From assembly GCF_964204645.1 (NCBI RefSeq), contig NC_134029.1, forward strand, positions 15,742,950-15,806,949: a DNA stretch of 64,000 bases, read 5' to 3'. Source of the stretch: Tubulanus polymorphus (Eukaryota; Animalia; Nemertea). Of this stretch, positions 12,114-25,269 are shown piece after piece (position 1 is the stretch's first letter; each line of letters opens with the position of its first letter). The position numbers and the translations under genes were made by a program. Under the pieces are notes generated by a model that was given only the letters and a program-made list of their open reading frames with translations, was not told the DNA's origin and made no database searches.

Positions 12114-14379
12114 GTGAGTAATCGATTAACAATATTTCTTTTTTGGCTCGCCTTAGTGAGCCTATGTCAAGGTCTGGCCGATCGAAATCATTCGTATGCT
12201 TAAAACACTACGCTCAAAGCTATTTTCAGAACACTCAAATGCAATATCAGTAGCCCGTAATGCCAATAATAAGATTGGTTTGGTTCGGAAGGATTGTTTT
12301 TCATGGGCTTGCATGCTTGCAAGCCCATATTGCTATCACACGGATTGATGCTTGGGGAGTCGATAACTTTCGTTAAAAACTTTCTTGGGCTCTGATATTT
12401 ACACAAATTTAATGCAGTAATAAAATCTAGGTTCCTTTCGAATATTGGCTATATCGGTTGTCGTTTTCATTGTTTTATGATTTTGTTAGATCGTTTTTGT
12501 TATTTCAGCAGCGCATACCAACCTTGGTTGAGCGTGCGTGATCAGTCTTGAAATTGGTATTCATGCGCGGCATAGTGCTGCCGACAATTCAATTCATTCT
12601 TTATTGATACAATTTTAATTTCACAATAAAACATTTACTTTCACGTTTTTAAAAAATCTTTTACATTCATTGGGTGCTTGCGTTAGCGGCCATTTGAAAA
12701 AATTCTGTATAAACATTTATATTTTTCAGTTAAATAAAACTTTTTTTTGTGAAATAAATTCTGAATTGAATTGAAGACTGGTTCCCTGTCTCCAAAGAGC
12801 CAGGGGGCGGTAGTCTATGGTGGCAATAAACTTTATCGGATGATCGTTGTGGATAGTCATTTGAAGGAAATGCAAATTATTCTTGCTTAATTTCTTTATT
12901 ATTTTAAAAAGAAAATTCGTGGCTCCTATCTATTTTCGTGTTCGCTTCTCTTCACCTGAAGTCACTCGAGTTAGTCACGTTTTTTCATTCAGTTGTAAAT
13001 GTTTCTATGCAAAATCATTTCAACACAATCCGATAAGTAATCTAGCAATTATCAACATGATTATAGATTCCGTATATTCAAATAACAACTATCCAAAAGC
13101 TTGCACTAACTTGGTCCACGTCTACCATTCCGATTCCCAGTCCCCGTGTGTAACATTTCATGTAGTGATGTAAGACAACACCGATCTCTTAGCTCTTTAA
13201 AAAGTAATAAGTTCAATGTTCGGTTAATTCTACTACAGAAATACAAAACCACCAAGCCAGCTTTCTGTACAACCATGTCAGCAAGCCCATTTTTAGAATT
13301 TCTTTCTTGTTCTTTATGGTGCGCAAGGTTGAAAGCGGTGGGTTTCATATTTTTGAGAAATTTTCCAAAAAGTGTCAGAAATTCGATTTATTTGAGCAGG
13401 GGTTTTATGTTTTTAACCGTCCAAAATTACACACGTGAAAATTCAATGCTATTTGCGTCGGAAGAAGTTCATCACGTTAAAATCTGACAATTTGTTCGGT
13501 AGTTTTGGGCATTCAAGGACGGAAACCCTCAAAAGCTTGGTTGAGATTTGTGTTGACCCGGTTTTGACTTCCATCATATGACGTCATAACATAGAATGAG
13601 ATGAATCACTTTTTGCGCGTCATTTACACAAGATGGCGGCACAATTGAATTGATTGATATCATTTCTAGCGCTCATACTGATACTCAAGGCGTATGATAT
13701 AACGATTTTATTGTGTGCGATGTGATCAATGATTCATCTAATTTTGATATCCCGTGCATAAGGTAACGTTGCATTAAGATATCTGACGTGAATGTGGTTT
13801 TAAAATGCGGAAATTTACTTCCATGTTCGCCACACGGCTGATTTAGTGATAGCATCGAATTTTTAGAGATGAGTCCGATAGTTACACGACTCGAATACTT
13901 GTTTTATCATTCTAAATGGAAGTCATTTTATTGACGTTCGCATTAGCGATCCGTTTTGGAGCCTGATTAGTTGTGTTACTTTGTTAACTGTGCCACAGTG
14001 ATGAGCGTTCGCATTGAAAACAGTCGAGTTCAGTCGCGTAGGCAATATCGCTTTATACTTTCACTGCGTGTATGTATCAGTTAAACGCTATGGTGTATAT
14101 CGCGCGTAACGACGATTTGGCTGAGTGGAGATGAGCTACTTAAAGCAATCCTATCGTAAAATTATTAAAAACCATGTCAGTCGATAAACTGTGTTTCGTC
14201 AGTAACCGGCACTGGCCTCAAATTTGAAGAACTTGGGAGCTTCTGTGCTGATTGGTCCGTATGATAATGAAAAACCTCCGATGAAACCCAGGCTCTCACC
14301 AAGTTTGTACCGTATCTTAACGGGTCACTCATAGTTTTAGTTGTCTTATGTCGCTTTATTTAATTCAAGGGATATGTAT

Positions 14380-15603
14380 TAAAATTATGATCATTCGTTC
14401 ATATAATTCTAATTTAAATAATGATGATGATTATGATGGAATTAATGCCGAAGTACGTGAAAAATTAAATAAATATTTAGAAGCTCCTAAAATTGGTAGA
14501 ATTACAACTATAACAGAAAGAAAAGAATTAATGAATCTATTAGAAAAACAACAAGAAGAATATCCTGATAAACCCATGAAATTATATGGAATGAAATCTA
14601 GAGTAACAGATACAATTGTTAACGAATTATTACCAAAGGATGTAATAGATAAAGTTGATTCAGAAGAAATTGTAATGCAAATTTTAAAAGATGATCCACA
14701 TTTCAGTTAATTACAATTAGTATTAGTAAAACAAATTGATAGATTAAGTGATACAGAAGAACTGATGAATAGTATGTCAGATAGATCTGGTGCTGAAACT
14801 GGAATAAATCGAATGCAATCTTTACTAGAAAAATGATTACTTGATTTAACTGATGATGAATTAGGAGCATTTCCTGAACAAGCACGTAGAGAAATTAAAG
14901 GTATGCAAGAATCAGCTGGTGAAATTGCTAATATTAAGATGAGATTTTCTAAAATAACTATGTTAGAAAAAGAATTAACTAATGCAAATGCAGAATTAAA
15001 ACAATTAGAATTAAATGAAGATCTTCAAGTAATAGAGGAAGCTGATTATGAAGGCAGAAAGTTAGAAAAAGAAATAGATGATTTAAAATATAACAAAGAA
15101 TTACAGGAAAAAAAAGAGATATTATTAAAATCATATGATCTTAATCATATTAGAAAATTAAAAGTTATTTTTAAAGATTTAATAATAAAACCGGATTCTA
15201 AAATATCATTAAAATAAGGAATAAGATTATTATTTAAATTAGAAGGTATAACAATTCTTTCAATTCAACAGCGGTAACTATGATATTTACAACAATTGGT
15301 TTAGCAATATCAAATTCATCAAAATCTACACCTACACCAAATAAACCGGATAAACCACCAAATGATAATAATTCTATACAAGATAAAGTGAGTGATGGTT
15401 TAAAGAAATTAGCAAACTATCTATGGGAACTATCTAAAAAATCTGCTGCAGCTTTACCTGGAGTTATTGCATCGATTGTTGGTTTTGTTTTAAAATCTGC
15501 AGGGAATATTCTTAACTTTGCTGCTGAACATATTATTTTATTTTTAATTACAGTTGTAAGTGCTATTATTTTTGGGTTAGTGAATATAATGAAAAATAAA
15601 TAA
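14380..15603 (+). pseudogene. Polinton coiled-coil protein with a C-terminal hydrophobic/amphipathic helical region
   Basis: ORFs 14348..14710, 14903..15217 and 15280..15603 are consecutive pieces. A K/E/L-rich coiled coil is followed by GLKKLANYLWELSKKSAAALPGVIASIVGFVLK...IILFLITVVSAIIFGLV. Confidence 0.7.
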
Positions 15604-15620
15604 TTGATTTTTTTTGTTAA

Positions 15621-16307
15621 ATGAGTGGGAGTTATATAAATCATTCTAAGAATCCTAGAATATCTAATGCTATTAAAGCAGAAAGATCTCATCATATAAT
15701 TACTCATAACCCTTCTAATATTAATCCTGATGAAACTGTATATGTTAGAATCCCGAGATTAACACAAAATACTTTTTATGTTCCAAATAGTATTTATTTA
15801 TCAGCTGATTTAAATGTAACTGGTAATAATAATAATTATGTTGTTGATAATGTTGGAAGATATTTGATTAAAAAATTAACTATGAATATTGGTCCAGAAA
15901 CAGTTTTCTCATTAGATGATTATAATTTATTTATGCATTACAAATATTTATGGTTAACAAAAGAAAATAGAAATAATATGATATTTCAAGGCATCCAATC
16001 AGAAAACCAAAATAAATTAAGATCAGGAGCTAATGACGCAATAGTAACTCGTACCGCAGATAATTTGATCAAAAAGATTTATGGAAGAAAACATAAAATT
16101 CCATTACATTTTGAATTGATTAATAATAATGCACCTTTATATAAATACGCAATTCAAGAAGATAGTATATTCGAAATAACATTTGCTCCTGTAAATGAAA
16201 TTGTATTATCTAGCGTTGTTAAAGATATGGGTTATAAATTATCGAATAGGGCCTATATGTTTAGAATATGATACAGTAACTGATGACAATATTTCAAGTA
16301 TAATTGT
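15621..16307 (+). pseudogene. Major capsid protein (double jelly roll, hexon-like), N-terminal half
   Basis: IITHNPSNINPDETVYVRIPRL...YVPNSIYLSADL...VDNVGRYLIKKL...YKYLW, recognised as a Polinton capsid N-terminus; truncated at the junction with the integrase. Confidence 0.7.
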
Positions 16308-17096
16308 CCTATGTTGTCCTATTTTAAATTTAGGTTCTCCAAAATCACGTGTAACAAACGAACCATGTAAATTATTCCAAACTATTTCTGAAGTATCTTC
16401 TTTTCTAGCTTGTATATGTTTCATACCAATACTTGAATGTTTAGAATTATTATAACCTTTCACTAAATCATCTAACATATTTATAGACTCATCGATATAT
16501 TTATATGTTTCATTAGCAGTAAAATATTTCCACATTCTAGTTTTCAATGTTTTATTAAATCTTTCTATAATAGATGCTTTTTTTATCTGAGTGTGTTGAA
16601 AAATACTCTACATCGTTATCAGATAATAGTTTTTTAAAATGTTTATTATAGAATTCCTTACCTTCATCGAATTGTATCTTACCTGGAATAGCTTCTTTAA
16701 ATATTGATTTAAAAGCATTAGTAACTTCTATACCAGTTTTATTTTTGACTGGAATTGACCATGCGTATCTACTGAATATGTCTATAACATTTAATATCCA
16801 GAAATATCCTTTGTTGTAGTCTTCTAAGTTTTTCATGTCAATCAAATCTGCTTGCCATTGTTGATCAATATATGAAACCATTACTTTTCTTGTTAAATAA
16901 TTTTTATCCATTTTCTTATGGATTTGATATGTGGGTTGATTTTGTAACCATAATTTTAATTCACTATATTTTATATTTTCATTATCAGATTTAATTTTAT
17001 CCCATAATTCTGTAACACTAGGATATGATACTTCACTCTCTGGGTTATAATATAACTCTCTTAAATATTGTTCTTTTTCATCTTCTTTTAATCCAT
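16308..17096 (-). pseudogene. Retroviral-type (rve) integrase of the Polinton
   Basis: QQWQADLIDM, ILNVIDIFSRYAW, IQFDEGKEFYN, (I)IERFNKTLKTRMWKYF, YNNSKHSSIGM. Confidence 0.93.
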
Positions 17097-17099
17097 TAA

Positions 17100-18011
17100 T
17101 TATAATTTAGATTTAGTTTCAATGATTTTTTCATTTGACTTATTTTCTGGTATAATAGGTTTATCATCAGAATCATTATTATTAAATTTGAATTTAGATT
17201 TATATATTACACCGGAGAATATAATAATTGTGATTAACCCAATTGTAATATATAAGTAATTATTTCTTCCACTATTAGAAGAATCAGATGGATTGTTTTT
17301 TTAATTAATATCAGATAATTTCTGTGATTCATTTATATCAGTTAATTTCTTTTTCTTAGCTTTTTTTAATTCTGCAGATCTTTTACCTAATTCCCTTGCC
17401 CATTTAATTTGTTTTTCAGATCTAGGCTTCTTATTAACATCATCACTCGTTTATTTTAGTTAATTTTTGTTCTGATTCGATATTATCTGATTTACTTTTG
17501 TCTTTATATTCTATAGGTTTTATGTTAGAAAATGTTATAACTCCAGTAGAAATTAATGTCATTATTCCACATGATTGGAATGAAGCGTATCCACCCCATT
17601 TTTGTAATTCTGTCATAACTAAGATGTCATTTTTTAAATCACTATTTAATTTATTTTCATCATCAATTGGTATTATCCGGTTACATAATTTAGAGTAACA
17701 TTTTATAATACCATCACTAATAGAGTCGTTTATTCTGGCTAATCTAGCTTCTTTTTATATTTTTGAAATGTTTGATTACTTTATCTGGTTTCATGGCATC
17801 TAATTCTTGAAAATTTATTATTTTGCCAATAAACTCTTTAGATTTTCCACCAGCAATCAAGATGGTGCTTACATGTTAAATAGTATTCATAATCAATATT
17901 ATAATCAATATTATTTTCAATTTCGGTTGGAATATCCTTATTATCACTAATGCCTAAATCATCTAAGGTTTTTTCAATATCATTACTATTCTTATTAGAT
18001 TTCTTTGACAT
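17100..18011 (-). pseudogene. Small Polinton genes upstream of the integrase (homologs at 34890-35530)
   Basis: Shared sequence with copy C (DGIIKCYSKL, KKPRSEKQIKWARELGKRS, hydrophobic C-terminal helix). Confidence 0.6.
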
Positions 18012-18289
18012 TTATATTAGAGAAAAAAGCGAAAAAAATATAATATTTTAATACTAGCTAGTTAAGTTAAAGAATTTTAAATACTAGCTTAGTTAAGTTA
18101 AAAAATTTCTATTCGAATCTTATCAAAATATAAAGTATTCTCTTTTTGAAAAGAAATGCAAAAGAAAATATTAGAAATTCAAATAGAAATAATGGCTAGT
18201 TAAAGATATGTAATTTTAATTAAATTTTATTTGAATTATACTATTCTTCAACCGCTTCATAAAGATTCAATATATTGTTCATTATTTGA

Positions 18290-18917
18290 ATCATTATTCC
18301 ATAATTCAATAAATTTCTTTGCTTTAACCAATTGATCTCAATATAACTGTAAATCTAGTTTATTAGATTTAATTATATTTTCCTTCTTTTCTAAAGGTCT
18401 TAAAATTTCTCCAGCTCCAGATTAGCTTCTTATTATAATCATCACTCATATCAAATTTAGAAATCGGCAACACGTGATCAATATGATAGTATTCACCATA
18501 ATTATCTATATTCATTTTATCGTCGAATTGATATATTATCCATGATTTTAGAAATTCATCTGTACAACCCAACAAATTAGATAGTGTTTCTGAATGCGTT
18601 TCTTTGTTGAATAATTGTGTTAATCTAGACTGTAAACATTGTTTCATTTTAAAATTTAGATCTGTTTTATATCTTCCTCTCATATATTCTGTCATATAAT
18701 CATTATGAGCTTCTCTATTATCTGCTCGATATTGCTTAGTATATAGTTTAAAACAAGTTTTGCAGCAATATTGAAAACCATCTTTGCTAATCTTACGCTT
18801 ACTAAATTCTGTTATAGCTAATTTATATGATTCACATTTAGAACATTTCTTGTAGTATATATTTATAACACCTGTGTTATTTGTAATATTGATAGTTTGT
18901 GATTGTTCTGGTTCCAT
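18290..18917 (-). pseudogene. HNH / endonuclease VII-like nuclease of the type common in large DNA viruses
   Basis: N-terminal CxxC...CxxC (KKCSKC, YCCKTC), then LGC..EFLKSWI.YQF...M..DNYG.YYHIDHVLPISKFD...WRN; frameshift near the C-terminus. Confidence 0.75.
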
Positions 18918-18996
18918 TTTAATCTCAAATTTTTTTACTAAATTGATTTTAGAAGTTATTCATTTATATGTTATTCATATATATGAATATTTTAAG

Positions 18997-19134
18997 AGTA
19001 ATAGGGATAATGGGGGTTCAGGTTAATGGTTGTGAAAAATAAAAACAAATTCGAGCATGCGAGAATTTATTTTTCATTTTTTACGAGCTCGATTCTTCGA
19101 CCTTTGGCCTGAAGCCCCCATTATCCCTATTACT
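18997..19134. repeat. Polinton terminal hairpin (copy B)
   Basis: AGTAATAGGGATAATGGGGGTTCAGG ... CCTGAAGCCCCCATTATCCCTATTACT. Confidence 0.9.
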
Positions 19135-19812
19135 AAGGTAGAACTCGTGACACGTTCAGAGTCGGGTCTCTTAATCAGATCAAACAAATATGCCGGTGCT
19201 AAACTATAGACACATTTGAACACGGTTAGCAACACTTTATATTTAATGCGAGCAACAACTGGTAGCCAGTGCAACTCGACTAGTAGTGGCGTAACGTGAT
19301 CGTATTTACGTTTTCGGAGAATGACACGCGCCGCTGAATTCTGCACACGTTGAAGTGGTGCGATTGATTTTTGCGGTAATGCATGAAGTAAACTGTTGTT
19401 ACGGTCTATGATAGAAGTAACAAACGCATGGATAAGGCGCTCGAGACTCGGACGATCAAGGAATGGGCTAATCCGACTTATGCCTTATAGCTTTGCATAA
19501 GCTTTCCTAAAAATCGATTGAATGTGGCACTGCATGTTCATGCTTCTATCTAGAATAACACCCAGATCACGAACGGAATCTGAAACCTCGATAAATGAAT
19601 CACCGACATTAATACCAGGTATTGTACCACTTCGAAGTGACGAAACAATATTTACCATGTCCGTCTTGGGGGCATTCAAAGCTAATCTGTTATCAAACAA
19701 CCAATTGCCAACATCCTCAACGCACGATTCTACTTGTAATATAGTGTTACCGCAACTCGACCTATCACCACAACGAGCTGACGCCATCAGCTGGTTATCG
19801 TGAGCATATAGA
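19135..19812 (-). mobile_element. L2/CR1-group LINE, 3' part of ORF2 (continues from 26158-28250)
   Basis: LYAHDNQL (degenerate YADD), VRDLGVILD, QNSAARVI..RKYDHVTPLLVELHWLPV. Confidence 0.88.
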
Positions 19813-20043
19813 ACTTGAAATTGAAATGAAATTGAAATTTATTTACACTCATTACCTCAACGAGAGGGACATCAAGAAGTATTTACAATTGTATATAACA
19901 TAACGTATAACATAACGTATAACATAACGTAAAATATTGAATAATCAATAAAATTTGACAGAGAAAAAAGGAACACAACAGCTGTACACAGAATACATGT
20001 TATATACACTATACAAAGAAAAATGAAGTTGTTATGTACAGCT

Positions 20044-20104
<61 letters not shown>

Positions 20105-21141
20105 GTGTATGTGTGTATGTGTGTATGTGTGTATGTGTGTATGTGTGTATGTGTGTATGTGTGTATGTGTGTATGTGTGTATGTGTGTATGTGTGTATGT
20201 GTGTATGTGTGTATGTGTGTATGTGTGTATGTGTGTATGTGTGTATGTGTGTATGTGTGTATGTGTGTATGTGTGTATGTGTGTATGTGTGTATGTGTGT
20301 ATGTGTGTATGTGTGTATGTGTGTATGTGTGTATGTGTGTATGTGTGTATGTGTGTATGTGTGTATGTGTGTATGTGTGTATGTGTGTATGTGTGTATGT
20401 GTGTATGTGTGTATGTGTGTATGTGTGTATGTGTGTATGTGTGTATGTGTGTATGTGTGTATGTGTGTATGTGTGTATGTGTGTATGTGTGTATGTGTGT
20501 ATGTGTGTATGTGTGTATGTGTGTATGTGTGTATGTGTGTATGTGTGTATGTGTGTATGTGTGTATGTGTGTATGTGTGTATATGTGTATATGTGTATAT
20601 GTGTATATGTGTATATGTGTATATGTGTATATGTGTATATGTGTATATGTGTATATATATATACATATATATACACATATATACACATATATACACATAT
20701 ATACACATATATACACATATATACACATATATACACATATATACACATATATACACATATATACACATATATACACATATATACACATATATACACATAT
20801 ATACACATATATATACATATATATACATATATATACATACATACATACATACATACATACATACATACATACATACATACATACATACATACATACATAC
20901 ATACATACATACATACATACATACATACATACATACATACATACATACATACATACATACATACATACATACATACATACATACATACATACATACATAC
21001 ATACATACATACATACATACATACATACATACATACATACATACATACATACATACATACATACATACATACATACATACATACATACATACATACATAC
21101 ATACATACATACATACATACATACATACATACATACATACA

Positions 21142-21190
<49 letters not shown>
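20044..21190. repeat. Compound microsatellite (TC)(TA)(TATG)(TGTGTATG)(TGTATATG)(CATATATACA)(CATA)(TA)
   Basis: Read directly; lies in the 3' UTR of the nested LINE. Confidence 0.99.
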
Positions 21191-24100
21191 TTACAATGGA
21201 CCTGAAGGCTGTATGTTACACTACCTACTTGATAGGGTTCAAAATTTAGATAAGTCTAAAGAGATGGGGCCGTTCCAAACTAGTTGTCTATACTCGGCTA
21301 AAATTGAACATTCTGCAAATAGATGATACTCGTCGAAGATAGTGATATTATGACATAAAGAGCAAGAACGAAGGCAATCGGGTAAATCAAAAAGTCTACA
21401 GTTAATTGAATCCATACAGAGATTTGATGTTCTGAAAAAACAAATAGTAAGAGTTAAATCGGCTGGCAAGTTTAGATACGTTTCAAAACAAAATTTCTTT
21501 TTTGGCAAGTTTATAAAAGCAAGATGATGCAGTTTGTTCCAAAAGTAATTAATGTACGCAGTTTTGAGGACACATTGAACAGTTCTTTTAATAAAACTTT
21601 CCGATACATTTAGTTGATTGAACGCGTGAAGGAGGTTGCATTGGGAAATAATACCTTTAACTTTTAAAAACCACGGTGATTGTAAATACCCTTTCTCAGT
21701 AAGTTAAGCTAAAATCATATAAAAAATAACATTCCATTTGTTCTTCGTAATTTCGTTTTTCATTTTAGCCCAATAACAAACCATACGACAGTGGATAGAC
21801 ACTGACACCGGGAGCTCACCGACTTCACCTAATACCATAACTGATGGAGTAGAATTTTTCATCTTTAATAGATATTTGTAAAATTTGGTTTGCCCTGCAT
21901 CAATCTGATCTAAGTCTTCAAACCCCCAGACTTCACACCCGTACGTCATAACTGGCACGACCAAACAATTGAATAAGTGTATAAGTGTTGGGACAGTCAA
22001 ACTTAGTTTTCTACCTTGCCGTAACAAAGCAAACATCGCTTTCCTTCCTTTGTTTGCCGCCCACTTAATATGGGCTTTGAAACTACCGTTTGAAGAAAAA
22101 AGTACACCGAAGTAAAAATATTCGGGCACTGTATCAACTGTCTGATTACATAATTTAAATAATGGTTCTGGGTTTCTCTTTCTTCCGCGACTGAATACCA
22201 TAATGTTGCATTTCTTGACATTTATTGATAGTTTAAAATCAATACAATACTGAGACATGGCATCGAGACCTAATTGTAGTTGCTCTTTCGAATCCGCTAA
22301 TATAATGGTGTCATCAGCATACAGGAGTATGAAACATTTTGATTTTATGACCCAACCCCCTCACAAACTCTGAGGTTGAAAATTTCTTTCGGAAGGCCGC
22401 TTCGTTTACCCCTAGGAGATCAAGTTCATCGGAAAAACTGTTCAGACGAATATTCAGAACTAGTGTAACAAGAAAATTAATTTTAGAAAATAATTTGACG
22501 CCTGCGAAAAAAATGTAGAATTTCTGGGCTAAGCTAATGTGGAATTGCAAATTTGAAATCGAAGGTTTAAGAAATTTGGGGAATGATGAGATTTGGCGAT
22601 TGGGTAGATGATACAGGTCTTCGACTCTAGTAGTAATTTGAATTTTGTTATTGAAAATTCTCAATAATTGATCGCGAACTTGCGACCGACTTCATTTACT
22701 TATGCCTCTAAGCTGGTCTGCAACTTCATAGCCTACATGGTTGAAGAAAGAGCTCTTCTGATGTCTGCTTCATCATGACTTCGAGCATATCGTGTGGCCT
22801 AGCCAGCCGGCCCGGGCCACGGGTTTGGCTGTCACTCGATATCCTAGAGTCTGGAGTGTTGGTGGGTTGAAGTAGACATTGTCATTTAAAATAACATGCT
22901 TATGTTGTTCTGTATGAATTACCCGTGTGTCATGTATGCTGTATTAATTTATTTTAAAATTTGTGTTTATTGAATTTGGGAATTTTATCCCGGAATTTCA
23001 ATGTAATAAGGATCAATAAAGAATTGAATTGAATTGTCACCTAATACACATGCCATCAGAGGACGCGGAGCCGTATATGACAGCTATGCTATTATAAATT
23101 GCTAATCTCACGAAACCTGCATACTCCTAATATCAAACATATTTTCTAAAACGTTTGAATATTGAAATTATATGTTTACACATTTTCATATTGACCGCTT
23201 GTCGCCGCTGATGAAATTCACGCCGGCCCTACACACATCGTAGATAGCTTCGTCATTCCACCGGCATGCCCACGTCAGGGTCTGACTTTTATATCAGACT
23301 TCCAAATCGTGTATACATCCGCCATTTAACCGAATAATCCGATTTACTTATCATTTCTATTTATGGCTGCCGCTTCTGATATAATCATACATCCTTTACT
23401 ATGACGATACGTCTTCTAATGATATTCAATGCAATATAACATTTCGACGTTCAAATATAGGTCATTATATAATCACAGGAAGCCATTCTACATCTATGTC
23501 AATAATATTTTGCCAGATAGCTTGTTTATGTACACATAGACCTGTGACGTTTTGCACATCGATTTACGGCTGTCGTTTGTAAAATGACGCTGAATGGTTA
23601 ACATTGCATAGGTTTCATAATGGTAACGTTTTATAAGGCGTCAAAAAAGTTTGCCTAAACATGATGGGTCACCTTGGTCGCCTTTGCCTTTATACAAAGG
23701 AATGATATAACCCTGAACCCATGCTGACGGAACTACTCCAGAATCTAGAATGATATTAAATATTCTGACATATCCTCATCATGTCATCGTTCGAGTTTTT
23801 GATGTGTTCATTCAAAATACTATCATTCTTCAATGACTTAATTGCTAGTCGAATCTCTTCCTCTGTAATTGGACTGTTTAGGCTAGAATTATCGTCGATG
23901 TTAATCGGGCTATCAAAAAATCAAACTCGTTTATATCAGCTGGTAATTGGTTAAGCTTCCTAAAGTGTTCACTCAGGCGATTTGGGTCAATTTTTTGAAT
24001 TGGTGCCGGTTTGCTAGGCATGACCTTTTTCCAAAATTTCCTACTATTGTAAATTCTATCCCCATCAATCTCTTTAGCTAACTTATAATCAAATTCTGAC

Positions 24101-24388
24101 TTTTTCTTGTTCAACAGATGCTTATACGTTTTACTGGCTAATTTGAGATGGACTTTATTGTCGGCAATCGGGTCTTTATCGAATATTTTTTTCCTAAGGA
24201 GAAATTCTTGTCTAGCGTAGTAACATTCGTTATCAAACCACGGTTGCGAATTGTTCATGACTCTGCTGTTATTGTTGGCGGGTCTCCAGGATTTACCAAA
24301 ATTAGTTTTCGCGCTTGAAGCGAATATGTCACCAATCAAAAAGGATTCGTTCGTAGAGTGAAGACGTGTTTTCCCACTGATCGTCACT

Positions 24389-25166
24389 ATGTCTAATAAT
24401 ACTAGGGCGAGAAATACGAACAAGAAAACAACTGCTCCAAAATCATCACAACAAAAAAGGACAAGTCTTACTAGCAGTTGCGCAAAAGAAGTCGCTGACG
24501 GGATAGTTAGCGAACTCGAAATATCCAGCGATGTTATTGCTGCTGCTATCCAGCGAGGGATAGAAAACGGTGTGAGGATGGCAATCGAGCGACTTAGGGA
24601 AGAAATTGTTCAGTCCTGCATGGAGCGTATACAGCCGATAATTTCTGATCCCAGGGCAGACTCAGGAAGACTTAGACCAGTACTCCCGACGAGAAACTCT
24701 CAAAATCGTGAATCTTCCAGAAGAGGAAGATGAAAGCGAGTCGTCCTTAAAAACTCATGTTTGCAGCATTGCGAAAGAATGCGGTGTCGATCTCAAAAAC
24801 GACGATATCAGCGTTCTGCATCGAAACGGAAAAGCGAACGAAAATAGGCCACGTCCAGTTCTCGTCAAAATGGTCCAGAGAAGCAAAAAACTGGATATGC
24901 TACAGAACAAGAAAAAGCTTAAAGAGAGTGAGGAGTATAACAACTTATTCTTATGTGAAGATCTTACTAGACCGAGGACTGCCCTATTACATTGGATTAA
25001 GGCGAATCGTAAGGATTATTATGTGTCGACCAGAAACGGTAGAATTTTGTGTCATAGCGGGGACGAGCGTCATTATATAAACGGTCCTAAAAGCTTGGAA
25101 AAGCTAGGCGTTAAGGACATACCTTTCGCGGATCAAGGAATCGAAAGTTACCCCACTATCTGCTAG
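24389..25166 (+). pseudogene. LINE ORF1 (coiled coil + RRM-like), frameshifted
   Basis: NLPEEEDE...DISVLHRNGK...RPRPVLVKM...LFLCEDLT..R. Confidence 0.8.
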
Positions 25167-25269
25167 GACAGCGCGGGGCATCATGAACCGTCAGCAAACC
25201 ACGAAATCCCTAGCGGATCAAATCCTTATCGGACCGTCTTAAGTATAAATCGAACTCTTCAAAAACTGA

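Larger units (their letters stand above)
14380..19134. mobile_element. Polinton fragment B; terminus intact at 19134, with a convergent junction near 16307
   Basis: + strand: coiled-coil gene and major capsid. - strand: hairpin terminus, HNH gene, small genes, integrase. Ends in ...CCCTATTACT. Confidence 0.9.

Noticed and set aside
12586-12775. Facing CAATTCAATTCA / TGAATTGAATTG repeats as a MITE
   Set aside because: The same AATAAA-(GAATT)n pattern occurs singly at ~8010, 23016 and 57880, so these are more likely retroposon 3' tails.
19872-21326. Six long ORFs (367-432 aa) of MYVC/HTYI repeats
   Set aside because: Translations of a stop-free microsatellite; not genes.
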